A DNA stretch of 64,000 nt, from positions 186,001-250,000 of the forward strand of contig NW_019029001.1 in assembly GCF_002105155.1 (NCBI RefSeq). The letters run 5' to 3'. How positions within the stretch are numbered: the first letter of the stretch is position 1; every line of letters begins with the position of its first letter. The DNA is from Lobosporangium transversale. Taxonomy: Eukaryota. A program made the translations under genes and the position numbers. The notes beneath the pieces are model-generated. The model was given only the letters and a program-made list of their open reading frames with translations, made no database searches and was not told where the DNA came from. Positions 1 through 13,122 of this stretch are shown here, piece after piece.

Positions 1-2185
1 CGTTATAAACATCATGGATTCCATCGCCAGGCGTGTTTCCATAAGGGACTGCGGTAGAAAACAAACAATAAAATAAAAATAAAAATAAGATAGAGGCTAA
101 AAAAATATAAATAAAAAAGTAGGAAAACTAGGTATGTCACTTACCAAACCATAGCCACCATGATGGGCCCATGATACTCTTCCAGTTACCCATCAATGAG
201 CCGCGGTGCCATAACTGTTCGCCAGGCTCAACTTTGACAACGTTGAAACCTTGTCCTGACCAATAAGGAGAAGACGAGAAAGAAGACGCTAGGGCTGGGT
301 CCGATCTGATGTATTGAACTCGAACGAAAGTAGCTCTTACATCCTGTAAAGACTCAATTGTTGTCCGATTTTTGAGGATATAATCAGTGTGAGCCGCCGT
401 GAACGAGACAATGAGCAAACCCAACAGAAAAGCTACAGCGGTCATAATCGGCCAGTGTGTATTAAACACACAACGAGGTTGAGTATCATGTCCATCAGCG
501 TCTGAACCATTCAACGGAGAGTTTATCTCGCACCGCCGTACAGCAGATGTAATCATAGGTATCATCGTTGTAACAACAAAGACAGAGATTACAGAGGCAT
601 AGAAAATGAATAGATAAAAAAACTTGTGATTGTTATAGCCGATACAGCCTCTGACCCAAGGACAATGGTGGTCCATCCTGAGTACGCATTTATCGCATTC
701 GGAACAATGGTGGCACCGGTCTGGTTTGACGATCTTACATATATCGCACCATCGAGGACGGCCATCTCGCTTAGCAATGCTGAGGGTGGCAATAGGTTTC
801 TCCGCACGCCTCTTTCCATGTGTGGCTTGTTTTATCCTTTTATCGATATCAATTCTAAAAGAGCCATTTCCTTTATCGTTGCATTGAATCATTGTCGCCT
901 GGCTGGAACAACGCCTTTCCTTCTGCTTCATTCCCTCTGCTCCAGAAGATGTCGCTTGATATTGATGTTGCGCACGATTAGAGCCGGTTGTAACGTTATC
1001 AGGCTTCAGCAATGGCGTGGTATCTGTTACTGGTGAATTGAGTCTCTCTCTTCCCTCCCTAAGATCATCCCGAAACGATGGCATCAGCAGGGCTATGGGG
1101 ATTCTTTGAGGTTGATAAGGAGTGGTCGTGGGTGGGATAGGAGGCGTGGGGCTTCTCTGCGGTGGCTAGTGAAAAGTAGTCCAGAGTAACATGCGCATAA
1201 TATTTTTAAAGTTTCCGTGATCAGTCTATGTACTAGCACGAACGGAACACTAAACGTAAGACAACAAATGATAGCATACATCCAATGGAGATCCTGGCCC
1301 ACAGTTGAGACAACGGATATATGAGATAAAGAAGAGCAGCGATAGAGTATTAATCACGCCCAAATAAAGACCTAGGGTAGTAAAAAAGATCATCAGGCAT
1401 ACATCAACATATGTACCCACATGTCAAGCATACACCCCTTTATTGGCAATCTATCCAGCTCTGGAGGTCTCAAGAAATTGTGGAAAGTCGTCGGTGCTAA
1501 TAACCACATGTTACTCCTGCTAGTCTTCATCGTTACCTGCCTGTAGGGGACGACGCTGCTCATGAAGTATAAAGTCAACTTGTATCGACAATAGAAACAT
1601 AAAAAAGCTCATTAATATTATCAAATCAACTATGCGCAGCAATGAGATGAAGGCATGCAGAAAACTATGGGAGAATAAAACAGAAACTTCAAAGAAAGTA
1701 AGGAAAGACAAAAGAGGAACAAAAATGAACTTACTGCAAACTCGAAAGCTGAAGACATAGTAGATGTAGCCTATGACCAGAGCAAGCCCCAGAGGCATTA
1801 ATGGTTGAACTACATCGCGCACCACATCCAAAGCCAAGGATGATGAGGGATTTGAGCCCGAATTTGTCCCTGCGCCTTGTGCGCTGGCAATGATAGCCAT
1901 ACTATCATTTGCAGCAGCCAAGGCAGCCGCACGCTGAGCAGCAGCTAATGCTGAAGAATGAACCTTGTATCCGTCCACTGTAACTGTGACGGCCGAAGTA
2001 GCATTGGCATTGCTATTGATATCACTAACAGTACTGGCATCAACATCGACATCAACATCGGAATTAACATTGCATTCGACATCAACGTTGGTTAAATACT
2101 CAGAGGAGTGTAATAATGTTGAGGCATTCATCATTGCTGTTGCCCCATGCACCGGCAGCAACCCCTGATGGGAGGAGCTGGTCAT
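1..2185 (-). CDS. DHHC-type palmitoyltransferase (Pfa3/ZDHHC2-like), multi-exon, 3' end beyond window
   Basis: ORF 137-1084 has CDICKIVKPDRCHHCSECDKCVLRMDHHCPW, the NRTTIE motif and TM segments. Upstream TM exons run to ATG 2185. The last exon fragment (PYGNTPGDG) runs off position 1. Confidence 0.9.
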
Positions 2186-2331
2186 AGTGGGCTTAAGTGA
2201 GGAAGTATAAAAAGGAATGATTGAGTTCGAAGGAAGAAGTGGAGAGGAAGGAAAGTTTTATTTCAAGAAAAAAGGAGATTAAATGAGCACCAGCCAACTA
2301 CATTTATAGGCTCGCAATAGTTTTGAGAATA

Positions 2332-2965
2332 TTATCCGCCATGCAATGTTGAGATAAAAACAATCTCGTCCTTGTCCTGTAGTTCATACTCAAGCTCGCC
2401 CTCCAGCTCCCAGTCTGCACCATTGATCAGCACCAAAATGCCTGCTCGTCTGTTGGATTCAAATCAAACAAATTAGATTAGACCAAAAATTAAACAGATG
2501 AACAAAGCACCAATCTGTCTTGCTTCTTAATCATGTAGTGATCAAAAGACATGAATAGTATGCCACTATCCCTTCAGCTTTCGTCTACTTACACAGAGCC
2601 ATCGTCACCAATAAACAACTCTGGCCTTTCTTTCAAAAGCTCTATGCTGGTCCATGCAATAAGATCTCGAATTGTAGCTGCGTGTCGCTCCTGCTGATTC
2701 GTATCTGTATCCTTGGTCACAATAGGAAAGAATGCCGGCACATCTGCTTGGATTGTCTTTTGATTGTCAAATAGCAGTTCCATACCTCCACTAAACGTTT
2801 CTTAGAACAATAAAGTATCAAGATCATACACCTGGAAAACGATAGACCCTTCAATTCAATGCGATCCAACCCAATCCAGTTCATTCCATTTTATTTGATT
2901 CCTCATCTGTAACAATTTATCTACCTGAACTGAAGCTCAATCTGTAAAGTATCCTTTGTCGCCAT
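2332..2965 (-). CDS. URM1: Ubiquitin-related modifier Urm1 (3 exons)
   Basis: Spliced translation [23 protein letters not shown]...LLKERPELF...[36 protein letters not shown], with C-terminal HGG and GT-AG introns. Confidence 0.95.
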
Positions 2966-3054
2966 AATTTATAATCGCCAAATGCTGAAACAACTTTAAG
3001 CAAAGAGTGCCTTTCGTAAAATATTTAGCAAGCGTTTTGGTCACGTGATAAATC

Positions 3055-6000
3055 CTACCAAACTCGTAGAAACACAAATGCCACAGTTGAATCTAGACAC
3101 ACATCATCTTTTACGATAGTTCTGTTGTTGTTCGTGTCGTCCCGTTCATCATCTGAAATGCTAAACCACAGGATTTTGTCTTTGTCGGCAAGCCCATTTA
3201 TGTATCTGTTGATATCCATTAGAATTTCAGAGTCATTGAAAACCTCTGTTTCTAAAGCGAAGCTTCGACAGAGTTCTATATTCAAGTGCGTCCATTCCTC
3301 AAGTTCCTTCTTGGCAAATGATGTCGATGTCTTGCTCATGGTACCATTTTTGCTCACTTGCTGTGTACGGCCAGTTCCTTTGGACTTTGGTGAGTGAGGA
3401 AATGCTACAGTGTGGCAATCGCAGCCCAGTAAAGTGTGGGTTAAACATGGCTCATCTTCATGAAACGTAAACAGGTCCTTGAGCTCCTCGATCGAGAACT
3501 TGTTCAATTTTTCTGAAGTCTTTCCATCCTACAGCATAATATTTCCAGTCTTGAAATAAGAAGCCTAGTCTTGTGACTACCATCACACTCTTGTAACCAT
3601 ACTCTAAATATAAGTGCTCAACACGTACCATCAGAGAATCGCAAAGCCCAACTTTGGTAAGTTGGCGTTGGTATATCTTTTCTTCGATAGTCCCAGACCT
3701 ACAGTTGAGTTGAAAAGTATGTCTTAGCACCATAACAATAGAAAGTCCCTGCTGCTCTTGACCAGCTGTCTCATCAATAGTATTAACAATAGTAAAAAAG
3801 CTTACGACAACAAGCGGTAGATGTAAACTGGACGCGTCTGGCCATCCCGGTAGATACGAGCCATAGCCTGCAGATCAACACTTGGATTCCTGTGTAGGGC
3901 ATTCCGTATGCAGATGCTAAGCTGCGTCAGTGCTTTATTCATTATATATAAACAGTACACTTCGTTTTCTTATCATCTTACCAGTCAATATCGAACATAA
4001 TCTACAGTGTGTCAAATATAATTAGAGAAGGATAGTAAATATAAGAAAAGAAGAGGAATTTATTTGCCGTTGTAGACTACAAAAGACGTACCAATCTAGA
4101 GGCGCCGATGAGATTTAGCCCTAAACCGCCAGACTTTGCGCTTAATAGAAAGACGACTATGCAAAAACGAACATTAGCTTCGACGCAATAAAATAGACCG
4201 CCTGATATGATAAGTATCACATATACTTACATTTCCGGCAATTCGGGGCATTGAACTTATCTACATATTCTTGACGTTTTGATGTGGGGGTTGATCTATT
4301 GATATTAATGAGAATGATACATTATGATCCACTTATTGACAAACTCCATGCGGATCATAGCTATGTCATTCGAATTGAACCGCTGTCATACCCATCAAGG
4401 CGGAAAAATGAAAAGTGGTATCGGGTACAAATCCCTTCGAGCAAGTCCAATGTTTGCGTGAAGTTGGACACAAGCACCACACGTTCGGTTGTGTTGCGCT
4501 TAATTGATTTCAGTAGAGCTTCCACGAAACTCAGTTTTCCTGAGGTTTAAAGATGGACAAAGAGCTTCAGGATTTAAACGGAAAAGATAACAAGAAGCAT
4601 TTCTCTGATCCCTTCATATTGATGTGAGGCTTTGAGCATTACCTGAAATTGATGAACAATCCATGTCATAACCACTTCTTTGTATCAGTGCTTTAACACC
4701 ATTGTAAAGCCCCAGAATATCAGGATCATCTTTGAGCTAAGATGAGTGAATAGCATGCTCTAAGGATTAGCAGATGACGTTTTTATGCCAAGTTGCACGG
4801 CTCTTATCTTGAAAAAGGGCATGCCTATTACTTACCTTTGCTTGCTCAAGTACCAACTTTGGAGAGTTGCACAGTTTCCGTAACACTGTGATGCAGGCAA
4901 GATAGCGACTACTTTCCATTGAGAAGCAATTTTGTAGATATGGAGAGTCTAAAATATGACGATACATCGCACATTGTAATGGCGACGGTCGACAAAAAAT
5001 GACAAATTCAGCTATTGAATGACCCGATGGAGAGATTAACGAAACAGAAAACCTAGTAAATATCAATAGCAAAGTTTTGATCCTAATTTTCGATACAAGC
5101 GTCAACTTATGTTAATATAAAATCCGCTGTACACTTTCGAGGCAGGAATTCGTAGCTGACTTGAGCTGTGCGTCGGAGAATAAACTGATTTGTCAATCGA
5201 GTGAGCTATCAAAAAATACCAAGGAAGGACCTGTCAGAGGAGCTTTGGAAGCTCTTTGTTATTAATGGATAGTGATTCATGAGGTGTGTCATGAAAGCAT
5301 ACTATACATACCTCTTGTGATCTATAGTCGCAACACATCAAGGGAAATTAGTCTCGAAATCGTAACTCTTATTTCTAGAATAAGAATCATTATCCACATA
5401 CCTCTCTAGTCCGAGTAAGGCATCCGATGAAGAACAATCGGGTTGCCGGGACTTGACAATTGGGTCCTCAAAGACCCTCTTGAATGAGCTATAATTCTCA
5501 AATAGGCCAGGATTCACAAAGTCTATCATCGAGAATAGCTCTCCCAGGTCATTTTGTATTGGAGTACCACTTAAAATGATTCTGCGCATAGTGGAAAAAG
5601 AGCGGATGACTTGTGCAGTCTTAATGTTGGATGTCTTAAGTCTAGAAAATAAGCTGGAGTCAGTTCAACATTCATATGGGCCGTTTCTGTTAATGCACAA
5701 CAAATAAACATTATTACCTATGACCTTCATCACAAACAATAATATCAAAGTTGGTATTCACAAGCTCGTCTTGCACGGTTCGTAGCTATATAGTACGTTG
5801 AAGATGTATTTGAGGCCGGAACAGGGTTTATAATTTTGATCGACTAGTGTTTTGGCTTTACCTTCTCATATCCAATAATCATCACAGGGTAAATTTTTCC
5901 CAAAGTAAAGTCGGTCATGGTCGACTTTGAATCAACAGCGAAAACACGTAGCCTCTCGATTCCCAGCCATTTCTTGAATTCTTTCTGCCAATTCTATAAT

Positions 6001-7782
6001 ATTATTTTTTTATCAGAGCCAAGGCCCAAAGACTTTAAATACAAATGTGGCCACCAATAAGAGCAGTTAACTACTATCTATCTACTTATATACCTTGATT
6101 AATGATGCGGGGCAAACTATCAAGGCCTTCTTGATAACACATGACTCCTCGCCATAATATGGGCTCTGCTTGAGAAGTGTCCAGATTAGAGTAATAGTTT
6201 GGAGAGTTTTCCCCAGTCCCATTTCGTCAGCGAGGATAGCTCCTTGACCGTGGAAGTTCTTCATCTGCATAACGCACTCATAAAGAAATTGAACACCTTC
6301 TTTTTGGTGGGGACGGAGATGTTGTCCTAATACAGGATCAATCACCACATCCACAAGACCAATGTCACCAGGAGATCTTTTATTTCCGCAGCCTTTGATG
6401 ACTCGAGGATGATTCCTAGGAGGGCGAGGCAAGAGGATAGCATAGGGGGCATTGGGATTGTGCCGTGGTTGAGGCACAGGGCCTGAAGCTTCGACTGGGG
6501 TAGGGGGAGCGAAAGGCGACTTGAACTTTGTAGCAGGCATAGATGATATGCCAGCTATAACATTACACATGACACTCCATGTCGGTCAAACGATATAGTT
6601 CAACACTGAAAACACAACAACTAGGCCAATGCATCAGGTCTTACATGCTGCTGAGGCACTAATCGCGGAATTCGAGCCGTTCATGAAGCACTGCCCTGAA
6701 CGATAACGTGCAATGTCTAGGGAGGATACGATCTATCAATAATGTACATGTACATGGTACATTGTAAATGCCTATTTCTTTCTTACATTTCAAATAACCT
6801 TGATAAGACTCACCTCAATATCTTTTCCACCAGATGACAGCTCATCTCCATCTTTGATATCCAGTACAGCGACCTTGAATCCCTTAGCAATGCTTTATTG
6901 TTAATTTTTTTTAAAAAAAAAAAGTTAGCCAGTAATTCTTGATAATGAGCATGCATCATATGTACGGAAATCATACTCTTTTCCTTCCATGTCCCTAAGC
7001 ACGCCACTGGATCCATTGACCACAAGAATCCCTAGAGGTTGTTTACCCAACAATAAACATATCAGCCTCGGATAAATGCAAAAGCGGTTGATGATGCTAT
7101 TCCTAACTTGATGGTACTGTTATCATTGTAGTTATTGTAGTCGTACTGCTGATCCATACCATCACCATCCCACGATTTGTGCTTTTTCCCGCTCTTCTTT
7201 CGCCTATAGCCAAAAGATTTCAGCAATTCAGATCAAAATCTTTTTCTTCAATTACAATTATAATTGTCTCGAATCATCTCAATTTTCATACCATAAGACA
7301 TTAAAACATCTTTCTTGTACTATCCGCTCTGTAGTCTCGGTAGTGCGGAGAGTTGGTTGCTTAAATGCCAAAGCAGTATGTAGTCCAGCTTTAGGCTTTG
7401 GGGTGTTTCCTGAGAGCTTTGGTAATTTTATTGCATCAGAGTCAACTATCTCTGATACTCTTTTCTTTGATCCAGGAGGATTAGCAATCTCCTTTGCTAC
7501 CATTAAGATAGGAGATGGGGAGTCCGTAGTAGAAACAATGGAGGTATCTTGACGCAGTGGCGATTTGAAAGCAGACATCAAAGGTGACTTGAATGGCTTC
7601 ATAAGCTGCCTATTGAATGGCGTGGATAAAGCTGACGAAGACGTGGAGGTCTCTACTGCGCTATGGCTAGAGCTGCTGTCCCCAACAGTTTCAGTTCCAG
7701 GTTTTCTAGATGAATTGTTAATGAGTAAAGGTGGACGCAAGATCTTCTTGCGAATCTGTGAAGGAGCAGCATCTCTTTGCAT
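3055..7782 (-). CDS. RAD54B: SNF2-family DNA translocase Rad54B/Rdh54, many exons
   Basis: Starts MQRDAAPSQ (RAD54B-like N-terminus). Motifs: [62 protein letters not shown]. Confidence 0.93.
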
Positions 7783-10296
7783 TATTATAAATGTCTTCGA
7801 AGGAAATGATGGAAGCAATTAAATGAAAACATGCGTGCGAACAGATCTTAAGTGGCAATCGAAATAATTCAATGATTATTTCTCCTTCGAAAGAGATTAT
7901 GGTGTAGAACAAAGTTTATCGGTGACTTTCCTGGAACCCTTCGTCCGCGCCGAGAAAGACTTCACGAGAAGGTTTTCGAGAGCGCCCTATACCTGCCTGT
8001 GTGAGTTCGAGTAATACTTCTGTTCGTTAATATCATCTTGCCGGAATCAACAAGAGTCTTCGTCAGCACTAAAACCTCGACAAATCCTTTGCGAGTTTAT
8101 ATTAGACATGAAATGAGTAGCAGCTCATCATAAAGACATCTGTGACCCCTTGTATGTTACTACTCTAGTCTCCTATAGCTTCACATAATGCCTCTGTACA
8201 TGCAGCACTATCAATAAGGATAACGCATTTGGGAGGCAGCTCCAGCTGCTTATCAATAGAGCGGCGCGTCCCTTTGCTTTGCTTCGTTATTTTATGATTG
8301 CTTTCACAAGTCAAAAATATATTAGAAACGATAGTATTGGACTGAAGAAAAGGGTTGAGCGCAAACGTGTTTCCATCACTGACGAGAATGGCCAAACCGA
8401 CGCTGGCAATTTAGTGACAATGACAGTCGAAAGAGTTGAAGGTGATGGGTCTTATCCCTTCATCCGTAACAAGGGCAAATTTGCCATTATAAATGGGCTC
8501 AATCCATGGAAATTTTATTTCGACGTTGAAATAAATGACCGAAAACTAAACTGTCATGGAGCTATCCTGGCTTCTTTATTTGTGCAAATAAAAAAACTCA
8601 TGAAGGCTTTCGCATGACCCTAGCATCCCCTTGGGAGTCCATTGTATCGTTTATTTATAGACTGATGTAATATAACAGCTATAATATTCGCTGCCGTAGC
8701 ATCGACTTGAAAGGAGGGCAATCTGAGTTGATTCATTCTACCGCACCATAGAGCTTGACTAACTTGATCTTTTCCTGTACAGCTCGGCAAGACTTGATTT
8801 TTCACATCGTTCGCTTCCTCGTCTTCTTGCGTCCCTTGATATATCTGGGTTGGTAAGCACTCCTGTTGGAACCAGAGGGAACCACAGCAACATATCATAC
8901 CCAAGATGATACAAATATCTCTGTTGGAGTGAGTGGTTCAGATGTAGTGGACATAAACGGCGAAAGAATGCATCGAAAGGATGTAAGCGGTTATGGGAGC
9001 AAGGAAGAAGGGGTTGGTATGCCTATTCAAGTCCTTGGCAACAGAGCATGAGTAGCAGTTGTGATCACAAGTTGATTTCGGTGAGTCCGCATAACAATGG
9101 TATAGTTTCAGGGTCCTATCATCCACACACAGCATTGCATTATTATTGTTTTCAGACCTGGCACCAATCATGCGAGGTATTTCTTTTTCTGAGGGTTCCT
9201 AATGTTAAACGGCCAGACAGAAAGCTTAAAAGACATACAGACACAACGGTGAAAAAAATGTATGTGAGCAAACAGCTGCTGTGCTTATTTGTTATCTGCA
9301 CATGCCTTCTTTCACTGCGGGCTTTTTTTTCCTTTTTTGTTCGTCAATCACTGTGTGCACGAACATGCACCAGGCTATTGAATAAACAGCTGAAGCGTCT
9401 CTTTGATTTCTGTACATGTATAAACACATTTTGCATCGCGGCGTTTTTTTTTGTTTTCTAGGCAATTCCAATACATAAGCGTTTTCCATTGGTGCCTCCA
9501 GAAGAAATAAACAAACTTTATTTTGGCGACCACTTCACAATCATGCCATGGTTATAACAATCCCTAGGAAAAAAACTCAAACGCGTCGGTATTAATCTCG
9601 CTTCTGTTATTGTAATTTCGTATATCATGTTGATATCTGTAATTTTATATGCATATATTTTGGCGATTGGTATCAACTATCAAATTCACACATACACACA
9701 CCAAACGACCGCCAAAAACCACCACTCTCGCTTCTGCTCCCTCCATCCACAAGGCGCTGCGCAATATCACCATTAACAAGGCACCGTCCAGTAAGAAAGG
9801 GTGCTTAGATAGCTTTTACTCCAAGCAATAAGCGCATGCAACTACATCACTCCTATCTCCGCCATTGATGCCGGAACTTGAGAGCCAACGAATATATCTG
9901 CTTTAACGCAATAGGCTGTTAGAGCAAAGAGCGACATCTGAACCCATTCTTTGATAAAAAAGGCTTTTTTTTCTCATGTTGTTACCTTTGACAAGGATGT
10001 AATCACCTGTTTCAAAACCACCGCATCCCAACTATATACTCTTGAACTAGTCCAGCAAGAGTTTCCGCAGGCCTGCTTCACCAGTGAGTATGGAGCAACG
10101 CTTCGAGTCTTGGCCTCTACGGAGAAGAAACGAGCCCGCCAATAGCCTAGTCTAGTGCCCACACCTCTAGCTTGTAGCCACACTATTATTGTGATGTTTG
10201 GGGAGAAGCATGCTACTTCCCTATAGCTTTTCATTGTAGACATAAATATATATTTACTATAACAACTACCAGTACTAAAAAATAATAATAAAAGTA

Positions 10297-11327
10297 TCAT
10301 AGATCTCGAGTCTTTAAAGCAAGATGGGCTTCCATAATCTTAGCCTCGAGCTGGGCAATCCTTGCATTCTGCTCAGCCTGTTTGATTAAAAAGCCATTCT
10401 TCTCTGTTTCCAACACTGCAACCCGCGTATTGAGGCAACGTTTAATGGTCTCCAGCTCTGCCACCTTAGCCTCTAGCCCCTCCAACTTGATTAACTTCTT
10501 GAGACGGGACCGGCGGGCGGCATCGGTGTTCTTAGCACGCTTAGCTAGAATTTCCTCTGGTTCTTCTTCGTCAATACTGCAAGGGCGCTTGGCTGTGGTC
10601 TTGGCCTTAATCTTGGCTGTACTTGTAGCCGTAGCCATAGTCATAGCCGTAGCCGCTGTAGCAGTAGATGATTGTGATGAAGACAATATGCCTTCCTGAG
10701 CGATAGAGCTAATTATATTCAGGGGGAGCTTCTTAGTCTGTTCTAGCACTGCAGTCTTAAGTTCTTGGCTCCAAGGGATTTTGAGAGCTGCTGCTGCTTG
10801 CTGTAGTCGGCTGGTTGTCAGTCCATGAGGTGTTAAGAGCTCCATTGGGCCGAGTCCAAACTCTTGGGCTGCTAGGCCTTGCATACCGCAGGGGTGAGAT
10901 TGAAATGTATTGGGGCGCTCGAAAAGTGATGGCACAGGAGTAATTGACAATACTGTCTCGTACTTGAGTAAAGGTGATTCGTCTTCGAATGAATATGGAC
11001 TGGCTGTGGTAATAGGAGGCGTTTCATCGCCAACCAGCAGAGCCCCGTATTGGAGATCGTTTGCAAGCCATTCATCGAAACCTCTACCTGCATTGGACGG
11101 ATTAGGAACAGTAACAGGATGTTGAACTGAGGCAGCAAGCTTGTTGACTACAAAAGGTTAAAGAGTCATAAATGAAAGAGCCAGATCTGTTGAGTGAAAT
11201 GGTTAAATGGATTGGTCACAAAAACTGAAAATAAATAAAGCTTACACTGTATCAAGGCAGATTCAAGTGAGTCAGCAAGCTGAGGTGTGTTGGCATTGGC
11301 CAGTAAAGAATTGTTAGAAGCAGCCAT
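10297..11327 (-). CDS. Gcn4/CpcA-like bZIP transcription factor (2 exons)
   Basis: C-terminal basic region KRAKNTDAARRSRLKK plus leucine zipper LEAKVAELE...LE. ATG at 11327, followed by an intron with a gtaagc donor. Confidence 0.85.
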
Positions 11328-11383
11328 TTAGACTTGAAGGACGTCCAGATAACGTAGATCGTACTTGAATATAATGGTAGAAA

Positions 11384-11503
11384 TTATAATGAAGATACTA
11401 GTAAAACTAAATGAGTTCTTCTACTTCTTGTGGTTCTTCTTGTGTAAAGGGATTGAGTGATGCGAATGGTGCTTGTTGGGAGAGTAGTGAAGGCGCAAAT
11501 CAT
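11384..11503 (-). promoter_or_regulatory. uORF2 (39 aa) in bZIP leader
   Basis: ATG 11503 reads MICAFTTLPTSTIRITQSLYTRRTTRSRRTHLVLLVSSL*, ending 56 nt before the main ATG. Confidence 0.65.
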
Positions 11504-11679
11504 TTTTGGATTATGGCTGGTAAAAAAAAAAAAAAAAGGAAATGAGACAAAGTATCAAAGTCTTTTAAAAATGAGGTAGCGAAGAAGGGGAAGATTGCCG
11601 TTCTTTTTTGCTCCAAAAGGTAAAAAGTCAAGCTAGAAAGGTTAAAGGACAAGGCACACGATATATATCAACTTTTTTT

Positions 11680-11700
11680 TTAAGCAGAGAAGGGGGCCAT
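11680..11700 (-). promoter_or_regulatory. uORF1 (MAPFSA*) in bZIP leader
   Basis: atcATGG context. It is the first ATG downstream of the TATAAAAG box at 11835-11842. Confidence 0.65.
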
Positions 11701-11834
11701 GATGACAAGTACAATAAAATCAGGATTCGGGAAATGAAAGTGTAGTAAGTATATGAATATAGTTATATTTAAAAAATGGGATTCGACGTTGATGGGTTGT
11801 TAAAGTGATAAAGAGAAGAGAAGGAATCAAAGTC

Positions 11835-11922
11835 CTTTTATACCTTTTGTTGTGCATGTTTTTGGGCAAAGCAAAGCAGCACAGTTCAGTGTAACCATGC
11901 TCTTGGACTCGAAATGACTCAT
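11835..11922 (-). promoter_or_regulatory. TATA box and perfect Gcn4/AP-1 site upstream of bZIP gene
   Basis: TATAAAAG on the minus strand at 11835-11842 and ATGACTCAT at 11914-11922. Confidence 0.55.
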
Positions 11923-12586
11923 CTTTGCCAATGCATTCTTCCTGTCAGCTAAATAGGTCAGAAATCTGAAAAAGGGATTCATAGAATGATTTTATACAGG
12001 TAAGATTAGGCAGGTGTCGTGCTTTGCCCAAATCCACCAGTTCGTCTCAATTGCTCATAGTTGGCTACTTCAACAGTATCTAATCGGTTCCTTCCCCTCC
12101 TCCTCTCCTCTTTCTTCCCTTTATTGTCATCCGTCTCTTTTTCGCTTTGTTATTTCTCTTTCTATTTTCTCTTTCTTTTTTTTTCGGCATAAGTGGACAA
12201 AATTATGGCTATGTGTGATGTGACCAACCTTGGCTGCCATTCTATCCTCACCAGAAAAAAAGCCACATCTATCGGTCTGTATAATGTATATATTTATAGC
12301 GAGATCCTTCAAGCATGGCAAAGTATAGCAATCCACCTCAATGTTAGCCAAATGGAAATTGCATTCACAGATATAAAAAGGTAATCTATTGTAGCAAAAA
12401 ATTAGTTTCAGAGTTTATAAAATGTATTTAACTTTATGTGGGCTCATCTAATACTGCATTCCGTCTGTTGCTATATCCTACTTCCATCACTATCGTTTGC
12501 AAATGCCAGGCGCTCGTCTAATTGAATCAACAGTATGCTTTATTTTCCCTATATGAAGATGCAGTCAATGATTCCTCATCCGGACT

Positions 12587-13086
12587 CTAACGTAGAGTCC
12601 TTGTCAGGGATTTTTGACCAAACTCCCCAGGAGCACTGGCGTTGCCAGGTCTGAGGGTTTCTTTAGCGATCTCTCTGAATGATCTCTGCCCTTCAAGAGA
12701 TCGACCACTGCTCTTAAGTGGTTGTCCATGGCTGATGGCCTCTGTCTTGCGATGTTTGCTGTTGGCTTCAAAAGGGTCTGAATCATCGTCAAAGAACTTT
12801 CGCCGGAACATTAAATAGGCTTTTTCTTTGTCCTTAACCTCTTCGTGTAGTAAGGCCACCTTTCCTGCTACAGCGAGAAATCCTTCATGTTGATTTCTCA
12901 GAACTTCAGGCAGAGCTTTCAGTAGATAAATATACACAGTATAAGTGTTTGGGACTTGAGCAAAATGAAGTGGATCAAACTTTCAAAAGAAAAAAGAGAA
13001 AAAGCCTTAATGAAAAAAATCATACCATGAGAGACATGCGGATGCTTAACGTTAAAGGAAACAAGATGACGCTCGATATCCTATTG

Positions 13087-13122
<36 letters not shown>

